A stretch of DNA of 55,579 nt, filler included, from Catajapyx aquilonaris (taxonomy: Eukaryota): the NCBI GenBank assembly GCA_000934665.2. It is 4 parts of 4 records of this genome, joined end to end, with 100 filler letters (N's around TTAATTAATTAA, not from the genome) between each part and the next. Parts side by side here need not be neighbours in the genome. Positions count along the whole stretch, not along the records: positions 1 to 13,803 come from JYFJ02007979.1; 3 more parts are not named here. One strand, written 5' to 3'. The position numbers and the translations under genes were made by a program. Shown one piece after another: positions 1-13,903 of this stretch. The notes beneath the pieces are model-generated. The model saw nothing but the letters and a program-made list of their open reading frames with translations, ran no database searches and was not told where the DNA came from. Positions within the stretch are counted from its first letter, which is position 1. Every line of letters starts with the position of its first letter.

Positions 1-246
1 CGCACCTAAGGTCCCAGGCCATTTTCGCCTGTATGTCAGGCGGGATCACCCCGCACAGCACACAGAGCAAGTTGTTAGGGGTCGTCCGATAAGCCCTAGA
101 TAAGCCTAATCCTAAGCCTAAGTCCGATAAGCCTAAGATAATTAATAAAGACTATGACAAATTTTTCATGACTAGTTTGGACGTGCAGAAGTAACACTTG
201 CTAGTACTGCTTGGGTACCTTAACAAACGAGAAACAAAATCTTATA

Positions 247-595
247 CAGGGTGATCAAACTTTTTTGTCGTTTTAGTTCTTGACAAATCGGCCTAAGCTG
301 CTTATATGGTAGCCCGTTCCCTGGCAACTCCGTCCGGCGGGCCAATTCAAACATCAGGCCATGGAGAGCGCTTCCATTGTTGCCACTGTTTACAAATCGA
401 GTGAGTGAGTGCGCAGGCAGAAGAGACCCGTCGCTGGGTCGTCTGCGTCACTCACTCGATTTGTAAACAGTGGCAACAATGGAAGCGCTCTCCATGGCCT
501 GATGTTCGAATTGGCCCGCCGGACGGAGTTGCCAGGGAAGCAGCTTAGGCTGAATTTGTCAATAACTAAAACGACAAAAAAGTTTGATCACCCTG
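247..595. mobile_element. Tc1/mariner-type palindromic MITE
   Basis: Near-perfect foldback, CAGGGTGATCAAAC...GTTTGATCACCCTG, flanked by TA at 245-246 and 596-597. Confidence 0.9.
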
Positions 596-876
596 TATAT
601 GGAACGCCTTTCGATAACATCTTTCAAGAACATTCATAAAACATCAATTGACTTGTGCCTTCTAGCGTAATGTGGAGAGCACTGAATAAAAGCACTTTTA
701 TATGGCCTCGAGATTTTCTTATAAGCTCGGATAAGGAAGTAAACACCTAAAGAACCATGGCAAATGCTCATTTTGAAGAAGCTAACGCCAGTGCAGGACA
801 ACTATAAGGTCGACTTGAAACCAACACCATGGCTCAACAAACCATCCTTGTCTTGAACAATGATTGATAACTGCTC

Positions 877-2370
877 ATGGGTGAACATCCAGGTGACAAT
901 CCTTCCGGCAGGAGTGGACGACAAGACGACGAAGACCGCTTACGTCGGGGCCAGTTATATACACCTGAATCTAGTGAGCAAGAATTGAACATAGCGATAT
1001 CACGGCTGAAAATGAATAAAGCACCTGGACCAGACTTGATTCCGAACGAGGTACTTAAATTAGAGGCTATGAAATTAATCCTGTTTAGAACTTCTAACAG
1101 CCTATTGCGCAGCCCCGAAGGTAAGCTACCATTAGACTGGACAAAACTCAAGATTATACCAGTGTACAAGAAATAGAGAAGTATTAGACCCGGGTAATTA
1201 TAGACCAATATCTCTGGTGAATAGTACACTGAAACTCTTGACCTCTATTTTAGTTAGGCGCCTTCTGGACTGGGCAGAGCGTGAAAGGATTTTCCCGCTG
1301 ACCCAAGCTGGATTCAGATCGGGGAAATCGTGTAGTGACCTGACCATCCTTGCACAAAAATACGTGAAGAAGAAAGCCGGCAAACTTTACACTTTATTCT
1401 TGGACCTCTCCAAGGTGTTTGACTCGGTGAATCATCAGTTGCTATTCCTTAAGTTAAACAAAATCGGGATAGGCACTAACAATTTTTTAAATCTACGAGT
1501 AATTAGATCATTATATGATCAAGCAGCAATTTCTATAGACGGAGCAGAACTTATTCCAATTGAGGCAGGGGTACTACAAGGTGAAACGCTAAGTCCGGTA
1601 CTGTTTAACATTTTCATGGCGGATATGAAAGACATTTTTACGGTGGCAGGCATCCCAGGCGTTAATTTCGGACCATACTCACGGGAAATCTACTTATTAT
1701 GCAATATGCTGATGACATTGTCTTACTGGCGCAGAATCGCTTGTTTTTACAGCGTCAAATAGATGCCCTGGCTCAGTACTTGGATGAAATTGGCCTGTCT
1801 CTTAATGTGGGGAAAACACAGGTTCTGATTTTTAGAAAGGGTGGAGTTCTCTCTGCGAAAAAGAAGTTTTTCTGGAACGGAAGACCGCTAGTAATTACCA
1901 CCAATTACAAATATCTTGGATTCCCTTTTCAGTCTTCAACTAAGTTCAACAGCACGCCGCACGGTTAAACACTTTCTAGCGCGAGGTTATTTTACCAATG
2001 ATGGCGAGACTCAAGATTAAATATCTATCCCCTGCTCTCCAATTATTCAATGCTCAAGTATTACCGGTTTGCTGATATCATTCGCCGATATGGGCACTAG
2101 CATGTGAATGTAACAGCTCAAGCGAGACAGTAAGACTTAAACAGAATCAAGTTATCAAATAAAATATAAATACTACCAGAAGATATCATTTGATCCTTTG
2201 CCAGCACCATATCTGAACAAAGAACACTCTATAACCATAAAAAATACAAATATGCGTAATAAGAAATTGAAGTAACTGGATTCATTTAACAAACGGCTCA
2301 ACACTTCTAAATAGACACAGACGAAAAATGTCCCATCTGCAATAATTTAGAACATAATTCGGGGTTCCCA
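877..2370 (+). pseudogene. Non-LTR (LINE, RTE/RTEX-like) reverse transcriptase, disrupted
   Basis: Consecutive ORFs carry KAPGPD, IIPVYKK, QAGFRSGKS, FLDLSKVFDSV, GVLQGETLSPVLF, QYADD and YKYLG. Stops/frameshifts at ~1176, ~1700 and ~1968. CPIC remnant near 2330. Confidence 0.9.
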
Positions 2371-3499
2371 TTCCACACAGCATATATACCTCATTCATTG
2401 ATGTCACGTTATCTTCGTCAAGAATAAAAAGTGAACAGTGTATACACATGTGGGATGAGAGGCTACGTCGGGACGGCCCCCCTCTTAAACTAAACTACAA
2501 TTTAAAAGTGTACACATGTGTACCCATTTTTTCAGAGTTTGTGTTCTGATATACAGTATGTCTCCATCTTCTCTATGGCCACTTTGGATGCCTCTCAATC
2601 CGAGAAAATGTGGCAACAGACATAGTTATTATTCCATGAGGAGCTGAACCAAACAGCAGCTGTCATATTCCACTGTCCCAGACACTTAGAGGATCCTATG
2701 ACTGTCAGACCCTTCAAGAGTTTTACAACATAAGACAACTCATATCGCTGCCCTTTCAAGTTAAGTACGCTGCCCTCGCATGACGATGGGTCTGGCATAA
2801 ATGAGGTAAAAGAGTCATTAGGAGAAACGAATGCTCCTGTCTTCATATTAACAGATCCGAAAAAACATATGATGAGGACATGATGGAATTTGGGCTAGTT
2901 ACTAACACTCAGTTTCCGACATCATCATCATCATCACTGAAAGTTTCAAAGAAAGAATATGGTCTTCCGACTGCCGTATTCACTCAGTTCACTTTGTAGT
3001 TGCAAAAACTCGAATTTGAAGGAGTTTATTTTACTCAAGTTACTCATGAATTTAGAACACAGTCTTGATCAGTGAACATCTACGGGCTGTAAATGTACAA
3101 GTACAGTATGTGCTTACAAAGGTGCAGTATGGGACGGATGTTTTTTCATAAAAGCTTCATGTTAGTAGCAACTAATTTCATACGACTTTGAACCAAGCCC
3201 ACCGAAGGCCTGAAACACAGCCAGAGAATCAGTTATTTTTGCATGATGTTTCGATGGTTAATACACTAACAAGTAAAACACGCCTGAAAAGGAAGAATCT
3301 ACTCCATTAAATAGTAAAAAGAGGTTGGCTTTTCAGCCTTGTGAATGAAATATATCGATATATGCTTTACAGGATCTGTTCATATAACTCTTCACTTATA
3401 TTGGCTTGTACCTCACAATATCTGAAAAACCCAAAGGCCGATCACATTTGTGTTTGTTTGGGTACGAGCCAAAAAGCAAACGCGGCTGGTGGTGATGCA

Positions 3500-3940
3500 G
3501 ACAAGTATGAGATGTAGGGGGACGCCAAATGGTATCTCATACCCCCAAAACATCAGTGTGACGGATGCCCCTGCCAGTAAACGATACATGCATCATACAA
3601 TGCGATATAATGAATCGGTTCTACACTTTAACTGCCCTCAACTGACCAGTATTTACAGATCATGCGACAGGACCTCAAATGGAGAACGCTCGTGGTGCCT
3701 CGTGCACATAAAAACAGTGCACTGAAAAACAAGTATGTTGCCATGTCAGTAGTAGTCGCTATTGATGCTATGAGAGACAGTGAAGATCCTCACCATGACA
3801 AAACCACTGTGGGTTGGAAAGTGCTGGACGACGTATGCCAATCACCAGCAATAAGGGAAGCTGTCGGCAAGAAAACATCTTGGGACAAGGGCGCTCGCAG
3901 CGTAAGCACCTCTTTCACCCCAGGCTTCAATGCGATGTGA
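3500..3940 (+). mobile_element. Relic of an RLE-type (R2/NeSL-like) non-LTR C-terminal region
   Basis: In order across frames: QCDGCPCQ*TIH (CCHC-like), RYNESVL (RHN-like), MRQDL (PD-like), KNKY (KxxKY-like), GWKV. Heavily decayed. Confidence 0.4.
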
Positions 3941-5004
3941 CACCAAAAATACGAGCACAACTAACGCTTGCAAATACCTGCCAATTACACAATTGAATAA
4001 ATGATCAAATGAACAACTCTGACGCTTATCCAGTTGTGAACATATCTACAGTACTTGTACTGTACCACAAAGAACATATATTCTGATGATGATCCCAAAC
4101 CATCACTCAATCAATCAAACCAAAGTGATATCTTAGTTCGGGCCATATGATTCGTCACCATACCGTTCATAGAATGCGGCTGACTAGACCTTGAATATGA
4201 CGCCCGACACTAATTTATCTCACATGGAATAGGAGGCAAAGGGCAGCTCGCATCACGCATGGTGTCATATCACGTGAAATGCTGCTAACTGTGCAATATT
4301 TACCTAGAAACACCTGCTACAAATGCTTCAACACTAATATTTAACCTCACTATCTTACAACAAACGCATTTAGAAAACACTGTAGAGTCATCTCATTTCA
4401 TTTTTGAGACGCCTAGAAATATTATGCATTACTATCACGATATCTGAAAAAACCAAAGGTCGGTCTTTGTGCGGCAATATGGCTCTAACACAGAGTCGAA
4501 ACATACCCACTTTGTACCAAGACGAGGGGCCCACCGTCATCCACAGACAGCTGCAGTAGGCAGTACTGCGCATGTACAAAATTATCGATGTCATATCAAC
4601 AAGTACATTACACACCCAGTCTGTAAAACTGGATGATCTCACATAGGTTATGGTCTATGGAGCTCCACCATTATCACGAAAATTCAACTTCAACATGAAC
4701 CATTCCAGTAAGGCCTTTGGAATCGCCTCTTATACACCCCCAAAATATCAAATAAGCAATAGCCCTATTAACAGTACAATAAGCAACAATAAGGTACGAT
4801 TAGTAATTACCAAGGCAGGCATCTTCTAAGCGGCACTTACTTCACACTTACTTCACACATCACGAAGCTACTGTGAGTTTGTAAGAGGCGGATTCCAAAG
4901 TCCCCTAAGAAAAATGAGCTGAGGACATCTATTGGTAGCTTATAGTACTCCCCACCTCCCCCTGAGGTCAAACACACCATGAATACCCCTAAGTCCAACT
5001 AAAA

Positions 5005-5626
5005 GCAAGAGGGAACAAATTCTTCAGCCCTGATGAATATCACGAAATTATGGGGAACCATGTTACGTGCAGGGTGTATGGTGATGATTGGAATGTGCAT
5101 GATTATTCATAGATGGGTAAGAAAATCCTCAAGGCAAAACTGCCGTTTAAAACAATGGATCAGAGAGTTTTCACCTATGTAAAAGGAATGCGGACTATTG
5201 GGGTGCAGGAGGTGTATGTAAGACTTCCATCTTACCTCAATGTTTTGAAAAAGGGGGCCACTTTATCCTCCATGGGAAATGCCCAATTACTTCCTAAGAC
5301 AAACCATGTAAAGGAGGCCAAAAAGGCTGATGTGCGTAAACTGTTGCAATACGCTACTTTTTCTGAGTCGCAAAAGTTGTTTTACGATAATGCCCTTTCT
5401 TGCTCTGTATGTGATTCAGACAATGATGAATCGAATGAAAGTGAAACAGAACCATTTTTGTAAAAACTATGCCGGCAGTAAATAAAACCACCATGATCAT
5501 ACAAATTTTGCTGCTTTTTTTTTTTCATTTGGTATGTTTTCACCTGTTGATGTTCCAAAGTCAACTAAGTCCGGGTGAATTTGGAAACACAGGTCAAGTT
5601 TGACCCCTTGTAAGTGGATAACGGAC
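5005..5626 (+). mobile_element. Sola1-like DNA transposon 3' fragment
   Basis: SPDEYHEIM...VYGDDWNVHDY* runs into ORF 5113-5463 with VKEAKKADVRKLL...FY and an acidic tail, resembling the Sola1 transposase C-terminus. Probable right terminus ...GTGGATAACGGAC at ~5626. Confidence 0.55.
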
Positions 5627-6232
5627 TGTGTGTCAGTAACGTTATTTGACGTGCCAATGCGGGTAAGTTCTGTAATGAAGTAACTGCTTGTACTTTGCTT
5701 GTATGTGGCAGTGACACTTGATGCCAACAAAAACTCAAATTACTCAAAATGAAAAAAAATGGACTAAGGGGACTTTGGAATCCGCCTCTTCTATTGCCGC
5801 AAGAAAATAATGAAGATAAGATTCCAGGGCAAGGGTGGTCGCAGCTTAAGCTCCTCTTGTCATCACAGGGAGACAAAATGCTCCAGTTGATACAATGGCA
5901 CGCCAAGAAAAAACTCTTACTCATTCCTGACACTGACACGACGGAATAAATGACCAAATTAACAACTATGACGCTTATCCAGGTGTGAACATGACGACAG
6001 GACCTGTACAAGAAAACTAAAATCTCATGATGATGATGATGACGAAACGATATCTTACAGCAGGGGGGGGGCCATAAGATTCGTCACCAAAGAGTTCATT
6101 GACGGCAGAGGACTGAGAATCAAAGTTCTTGTCTAGCTGCTTACAGGGTTTCGCTACCACAAAAACTTGAATTGTCTCACATTTCCTGGGGTGGACCAAC
6201 AGACAGGGAAGGCGACGACCTCAGCTGTACCC

Positions 6233-6498
6233 GGTATCATACACTTCGCCCGAAACAAACTCGCCCGATATACCGGTACAAACTCGAGCAGTCCTCGCAT
6301 GGGCTAGTTAATCGGAATTAAGTGTCCAGATTGTAATCAACGGCAAGGTGCATTCGTCGCCTACAGATTGTACTGACGGGATTTCCGGATTACTTAATTA
6401 ATCTCCAGACATCACAAATTACATCGGGTTACATTGGCCAGTTTCCGTCGGGTGACTATGTACGTGGGGCGAATTTTCATCGGGCGAAGTGTGACGCC
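6233..6498. mobile_element. MITE (possibly MULE-type)
   Basis: TIRs CACTTCGCCCGA / TCGGGCGAAGTG; degenerate flanking repeat (agctgtacc / cgctgtagc). Confidence 0.55.
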
Positions 6499-7579
6499 AA
6501 CGCTGTAGCCACGACTGAACACGAAGATCTACGCAGACTTGAACCTAAAAATGAAGCTGCATGAGGTTTGAAGAAGCTCTTCAACACATGAATTTAATAT
6601 ATCACGGGATGAAAATATTACTGGCATTAAAATTGTGCACTGCTATGTAAAATGGCAACGGGTTTAATGATCAATTAAACCATGCATAACTTAAATACTT
6701 ATGATGCCCAACACTAATAATTTATCTCGCATAGAAATGGAGGCAATTGGCTGTTCGCATGTCAACCGGAGGAAAGCGTATTGCAACCTGGACTATAATA
6801 ACAAGGAACTTGTAGGCCATCCACGGGTGTGCTGTGGAGTTCATTTTCAATTCTAACCGGATACCAAATGCAAACATGTTAAGTGGTATATTATATCATG
6901 TACAGTATTATTAAATTTACCATATATAGTCTACATACCATATTTATGATCATTCATGTCAAATGTACTTGGGAGATCGGTATGGATCAAAGTACACAAA
7001 TATAGGAAGAGTTGCCGGATTACCACACGGATGAAGAAGATGTCGCATCGTCGTCTTCACCGTATTATCTGCCATCGACACCCCCACCATTGACCCTGAA
7101 GCAGAAGAAAAGGTTCCACAGTGAACTGTGGGAAGCGTATCCAGGAGAAGAGCAGCCGAGTAAGGATGAGCAGAAACCAGCGTGGGACCTAGCTGACCTC
7201 ATCCCCAACCTCCACAGTACTCAAAAAGAGCGTCGAGCATACAAGATCCACACCCTGCAACGACGTGATTTCCATCTTAACAAACCGTATTTTTACGATG
7301 GTACAGGTAGGCCTACTGTGAAAGGTGTATTTTTACAATATTTACACTGTATTTTACTTTTTTATCAGGAATAATGTAAGCAGAAATATTACAAATCCTC
7401 TATAGAAGTTCCGACCCACGCCGAACCAGCATTTTTGAATGCAGTGTACGACAAACACAACATACTTTTCGCAATGCGTCACATTAATTTCATGAGACTC
7501 TGCAAAGCAATCCTAATATCATTCAGTATTTAAACTGATAAACGCTCCCTAGCTATAGTAACAAAGTAACAGGAAATAA

Positions 7580-8090
7580 GGCCAGTCAATTAAAAAGGGT
7601 TGATGGTTGGGGAAGTTCACAGGTCCGTATAACCTGAAATGCCTCGCTAACTAAGAAATATTTGCCTCGAAATACCTGGTACAACAGCATTAACAGTTGC
7701 ACAACTGATGAATAAGCAGACACCGCGAAGATCTCGCGCTATTATTCTGAAACCATTCTTGATCTGACTGTTCTTTGAACTCATAAATTTAATGTTCGAA
7801 AATCTAAAATTGAGACACATGTAAATGTGCCTGGTGTGTGACGCAATCTGCCATTTTTGTACAGTATACTTTTGGGTATAACATCTGCCAACTTCTGCTT
7901 TTGACAATATTTGTTCCCTCTTTACCCAATTCATGCGACAAATGAGGAAAGAGAAGCAAACAAACTCCAGCACAAATTTGTTCAGGACTTTGTTCAAAGA
8001 TCTAAAGACGTAGTGGTATAGCATGGAAAATGCTGCTGAACTGTCCTCATCGGAAGGCCCAACTTTCTTTTCTTGTATCAGCATTATTTC
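7580..8090 (-). mobile_element. P-element/THAP9-like transposase N-terminal relic
   Basis: Minus strand 7645-7580 reads EAFQVIRTCELPQPSTLFN*L, matching the LPxxSTLxxW motif; it follows ORF 7647-8084. Confidence 0.35.
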
Positions 8091-11000
8091 TTGTAGTAAT
8101 GTGATAGTGCAATATAGTACATAGAATAATAAAGTGTCAGATCAATTCCTAATATATTTATCCTGTATAGCTCTGGGTATGTGATGTTCACTTTTCCCTG
8201 ATTTAATATTAGTCACCGGGCACACTTTGCGAGACTAGGACACGGAATGAATTTCCGCATGCTTCTTACGGATATTAACTTTCCTTGAGAGGCACGATCT
8301 ATATTCCAGGAACAAAGCAATTTGTGTTTAATACATACCTATTACTGTCTTTCACGCATGAATACCTCTGCTTATATTTTTCCTCCTCACTCACTCATTC
8401 CAGTCCTGCATAGATCCTCATGGCACACTGGGCAGGGGATCAAGCAATGCAGGACCCGTCTATTCCGGTAGTTGTAGCTGGCCTCAACATAATGTTTGCT
8501 GGTTAGCATGCAGCCCATTTATTCATATTCCATCCCCCCCCCCCCNCCCCAAAAAAAAAAAAAGAAGTGGAGTCACGTTATGGTACCTTGGTGTTCCTGC
8601 TCTCCGAAACCCACGCGACAGCGCATACTAGGACAGGCGGAATAATTTTTCCGGGTCCTTCATTGTCACAAGTACTTTGTAAAATGCTTTAACAACTATT
8701 ACCGGTATTATAAATGAAGAAGACAGACTCTCTTCCAACAACAATGATGCAATAGTCAAATTATTATTCACTCAATGAATACACATATGTAAGGACAGCG
8801 AGCGATTTTGCTCGATTCATTTTCATTTGTATTGACAATATACAAGTGAAGGAGGGACAAGTAAGACATTCCGTTGAGCAGAGGCTGATATTTACTTGCC
8901 CAGTGTCCACGGACCAATCAATTTCACCAGCAGTAATTACACCAACGACGTGCGAGGACATCAGCCTTGGCCGTTCAACATTGAGAGCCAAGCTGAGAAG
9001 GAAGAAGCAGGACTGGTGGTAGCAGAAGAAGCAGCAGCTAACTAAGCAGCAGAATTTCTCTTGTGAAGAACTCGCGCGCCGCGAACCTTACTCCAGCATC
9101 GTCTAGATTCTCCTGATGGCAAAGCACCTTAAGGGCAACGGCGCGGGGGTGAGATCGACTCAATTTTTGTGATAACCAACGATAATCAACATTCACGCAT
9201 GTATTATACATTACTGAAGAAAAGATCTCCTTTAAAATATTAATATAATAATTATTAATTTGGGTTAATATATAATTAAATACAATATTTCCAATAAATG
9301 TGGAAATCTGAAGACATGTACAGTAATGTAATGGCACATCTCTACCCCGAGATCAGTCATTATAGGGCAAGTGAAGGAGGTGTCACACGCATTAGACCAG
9401 TTAGTTAATGTAAAGCTCTCTTTGCATAATGTTTGCAGGAAGCTGTCGTGGATGCGCCGGGAGAGAGAAAAAAGAGGAGATGAAGAAGTGGAGGACGTAA
9501 GTCGATACAGCAAGACATGTTTCGTTCGGGCCACAAATCATCATTTGGACCTGTACCCGCAACTCATACTATGTACTTTCTGTGCACTTTTGCAGAACTG
9601 AGTGGCTGGCTACGCATCTGCAGATGCCGACGATCGGCGATGTACACTACCCATGACAGACGACACAGTATGGGGTCAGAAGGGGTGAGAAGCCGACATA
9701 CTTATGATACACTGATTGCGTGTGAACGATGCCTGTCAGTATATAAACTGATAACAGTAGGCCTACCTACAGAGTGTAATGGAATGCATTATTGCAGGCC
9801 TTGGGGAAAGCTGGTGCTGGCTGGATACGCCGGCCATCTATCGAATATAACGACGATAAAGCTTTCTCGCGTCGAGTGAGGAAGAGACCATTATGACTGA
9901 AGGAGACTTGAAAATTGTGATATTTTCAGGCGAATCGAAATCAAACGCATGTAGGTTATGTGCCGCAAGTGCGAAATGTGATTGCAAAATGCTGCAGCGA
10001 ATGAATTCCAGCGGACGCCCTTCTTTCGAATCAGTGTTGATGGCAGGTGAGACTAAAGAAACTACTAGACGAAAATGTTTTTGTCGCTCTGACGTGGTAA
10101 TATGTGAATGGGACAGCAGTAATTGGAATGCAATACGCGTAGCAAGTTTCAAGTATTTATACGAAGAAAGTCTCTGTAAAGGCAACTGTAATAATAAATA
10201 ATATAATCAAGTAATCCCGTCATCAAGAGAAGATCCAACGAAGAATCTGCATCATTTTCACACGCAATGCACTGATAAATCCGCACTACGATGATCAGGA
10301 GAAATTTTTTGTCCAAAGATATTCATCACATATAGTGCATAAGCGTGGCACAATATATTTACAAACTTAGTAGTTCTCTGAATGTGATGGCAGTGTGATG
10401 TGTATTATTATGGTTGTAACTATCTCTTGTTATTATATAATGTACTTGTTAATTTCGGTTACCATCTTTTGTTATTATATAATGTACTTGTTAATTTCGG
10501 TTACCTAGGGCCGTTACACTGGTGACCTGATATAAATGTAAACAAACAGAGGTGTTGAATAAAGGTGCCTAGGCCAAAGTGAATCAGTCAGTCTGGAGAC
10601 AGCGAGGAGAGAGGGTCTCTCCTCCTAGCTGGTGGTCGTTGACTGATGAACTGGTCTACGCTCGGCAATTCAAATGGTGTTCGTTATTAACTGGCATACC
10701 GGTACAGGTAACGGTACCACTGGGTGAACGGTCGGTCGCAGGCATCTGCACCACTGACTATTCAGCGAGTGGTAGGGGGATATCCGTACCGCAGGCATCT
10801 GCACCGTACGGACTATCTTCCCGTACCGTATACCACCTTACTACTCGGTGTGACGGTCAGACCGCAGGTATCTGCACCACTTGACCGTTGTACCGCAGAA
10901 GAAGGTGTACATATTGGGCGATACCAAAAGCGCTTCCCTCTCACTGACCGTATACGCGGTTGGCGGAAGCCCGGACCAGGTCCGGACGGTACACAGTAAG

Positions 11001-13249
11001 CCGTCCGTGTATCTCCCTGTGACATGGGTGTGAGTCACCCAGAACCTGGCGTCACAGCAGTCCTATCTCTAAAATGGCACTTTTGGACTTGGGTCACCTT
11101 TGTTTCTAAGCGCCTCATATGTAACTCTCCAGACATACGGTACTCTAAAACCACTACAATCAACACTGTTGACCAACAAGGCACATTTTGTTTCAATAAA
11201 ACTTCTGCGAGTTGCCATTAATTGATGGCTAATTTGTGTGTTGCATTCCTAATATGCCAGGATATCTCACACAGTAAGTGACATCTACGCCTGGACGAAC
11301 GAGAGGAAGGCCACCGGTGTGGACACCTCCGGCCTACGCCAATAATGTAGCGGATGATGTGTGGCATAGCGATGTGTATGGATCAGCCCATGCATTACTA
11401 CCACCATCTATTACTACACAAATGACCGCATTATGGGGAAAAAACTCCAGCCATTTGTCATCAACACCAACCGCCTCAAATTGCGTCTTATGTATCTGAT
11501 GTCACACTTTCTGTCAAAGTGTGACAGAAAGTGATTACTTACAAATATGCCAGATCCATGCGATTGAACCAAGAAAATGTGTCTGCGGAACCATCAATAC
11601 CATTATTTTTCAACAGCAGTACGTAGTTTGAAACAGAAAACCCATTACTTTACAACAATGCACGTCGAAAGTATCTCCTTGCCCACAGAATCTCGGGAGC
11701 AGATGACGCATTTAGAAATGTTACAAAACATTCTTCCCGAGTCGAGAGGCAAGAAGTCATTTCATTGTGGAGAGAACACGACTCCTGGGATGAAGAGTGC
11801 ATGTGTTGCGCCTCACAAAGGATATTAACCAGAGACATTGCACAGAGTATGGATTAAAACAGTCCTCCGTGTCACAGCTCTTGCAGAAATCGAAAGAAAC
11901 TGGTAGTACTAAACGAAGAAAAGGCAGTGGCAAGAAAAATGTCACGAATAGATATCAATTTCTGGCATTACAGGCTCTTCTTTCGCCGTCGCTGAAACTT
12001 CTGATTGACAAGCAGTAAGACGTTGGTTCTGTAGTTCCGCCATGAGTGAGCCACAGCAAGATTTCCACGCTGCCAAATGCGTTAATGCTAACACTAGGCA
12101 GCAGATAATGTCAACCTAAATGACACAAGAAATTAAAGACTGCGACGTACAGTCGGTCGGTTAATAAGTAACTGCAAGGTAAATGAAAAAGAACCAAATG
12201 GCAATAAAAGCTGCTGTTGGCCACGAGAAGGTAATCTCTGAATGGGACAGCACTAATTGGAATGCAATATACGAAGCAAGTTTCAAGTATTTATGAAAAA
12301 CGTCAGTGTCAGTGCTATTTATAACTTTAAAAAAAAAGTTATGTTCTTAATTGCAAAAAAAAATATGTGAGTAATCTGCCGCTTTCTCTCTGCCCCAGCT
12401 CGGTCACCTTTCATTCAAGACGCACGTCGTCTGACGTGGAAAAATCAGACTCTGAGACTATGGCAGATTGGCAATAAAAGATTGTCGAAAGTTAACAAAC
12501 CCAACTTTTTGGGGCCACTACCGTATAACACATTCCGTAGCATAACTCACATTATGATTTCAGTGTCGCATAAAATATTTCAAGCCTCCATTGTCGGGCT
12601 GAATCTAGCGTTGCTTGTACTGTGAATGGCAATGCATGCAGTGATTTGGGGTTGGTTCTTCATATTAGGGGCGCTGAATGTCCTGCTAGTAAGACAGTGG
12701 AGCACACAGCAGCCCTGATTATTTTAATATATCTGCGAAAAGCATGGGTTGACATCGGCCTATGCCAAAAATGTAGCGGATGATGTACGGGACAGCGATG
12801 TGAATGGATCAGCCTATGTATTACAAAACTGTAACATAAAGCCACATGTTCCGGCCTGTTTTTTTGGGCAAGAAATTTATCTAGCCCCCCGAATGTGTAT
12901 ATTGTCCAGTATAGGCTACATGTAGCGCCGATTAAATTTTTTTTTCTAGTGCCTGTTAGTGACACGATGATAAATCTTGGAACCGTATATAAGTAATATA
13001 CATCATATCAAATTAAATGTTCACGTGAAAAAATTGAGTAAAACAAGGAGTAAAAGATATGGACAAATAACATCACATTCGTAATTACTACATTCATACT
13101 GTATGATTTGTCAATATCGTGACAACAGGTTCATTTATCATTCGTAATGGATAATGTGTAAAATAATATCTTCAAAGAAACTATTGCCTCTGATGCACTG
13201 AAACATTAGACGTAGCAATGCACACCATGCTATAAGCTGGCAAACCATT

Positions 13250-13480
13250 GATAATAAGCCAATACCTCTCCATAAACACCTCCTCAGGATGTCCACATTG
13301 CGACAAGAAACTGCAACATACGACAATGAAGCACACACACTGCACACAAGACGAGCCGCATGCTGGAAGTACCAGCGCCACCTTCATCGGAATACTACAC
13401 GAATGCCCGCATTATGGGAAAAACTCAACGAAAAACTCCTATCATTTGTCATCAAAACCAACCACCTCAAATTGCGTGAA
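13250..13480 (+). mobile_element. LINE ORF2 C-terminal zinc-knuckle relic
   Basis: CPHC...ILHECPHY followed (frameshift) by KLLSFVIKTNHL. A diverged paralogous copy lies at ~11420-11490. Confidence 0.45.
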
Positions 13481-13803
13481 GGTGAACTTGCAGGGACTCT
13501 AAACCGATCTAAGGGAACCTCTCGAAGTGTCACTCTAAGTTCAAGGTGAAATATTTTTTTTCGGGTTCCTCATCAGCTAGAAGGACAACACCCTTCTGGA
13601 GAAATCCTCGATCTCAAGCGTTTTCGAGATACAGGGGTCAAAAGGTCAAGAATGGACCACTTTATGAAGGCCCTGAGGAAGCTATCATTAGTGCTATCGG
13701 CGAGATTTTTGGGATCTAGAGGTTTCTTGGGATGGGGAATACAGTGGCATAACCAAAAATCATGAATTATGCACATGAAGGGCACTTCTCAGGGAAGGGG
13801 GTG

Positions 13804-13903
13804 NNNNNNNNNNNNNNNNNNNNNNNNNNNNNNNNNNNNNNNNNNNNTTAATTAATTAANNNNNNNNNNNNNNNNNNNNNNNNNNNNNNNNNNNNNNNNN
13901 NNN
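13804..13903. other. Assembly spacer (N44-TTAATTAATTAA-N44)
   Basis: Identical 100-nt structure recurs at 27703-27802 and 41657-41756; the 12-mer gives stops in all six frames. Confidence 0.95.

Noticed and set aside
85..140. Telomere-like (GCCTAA)n
   Set aside because: Few, degenerate and interrupted units.
10735..10885. CRISPR-like repeat-spacer pattern
   Set aside because: Only three 16-nt repeats, unequal spacing, eukaryotic context and no cas genes.
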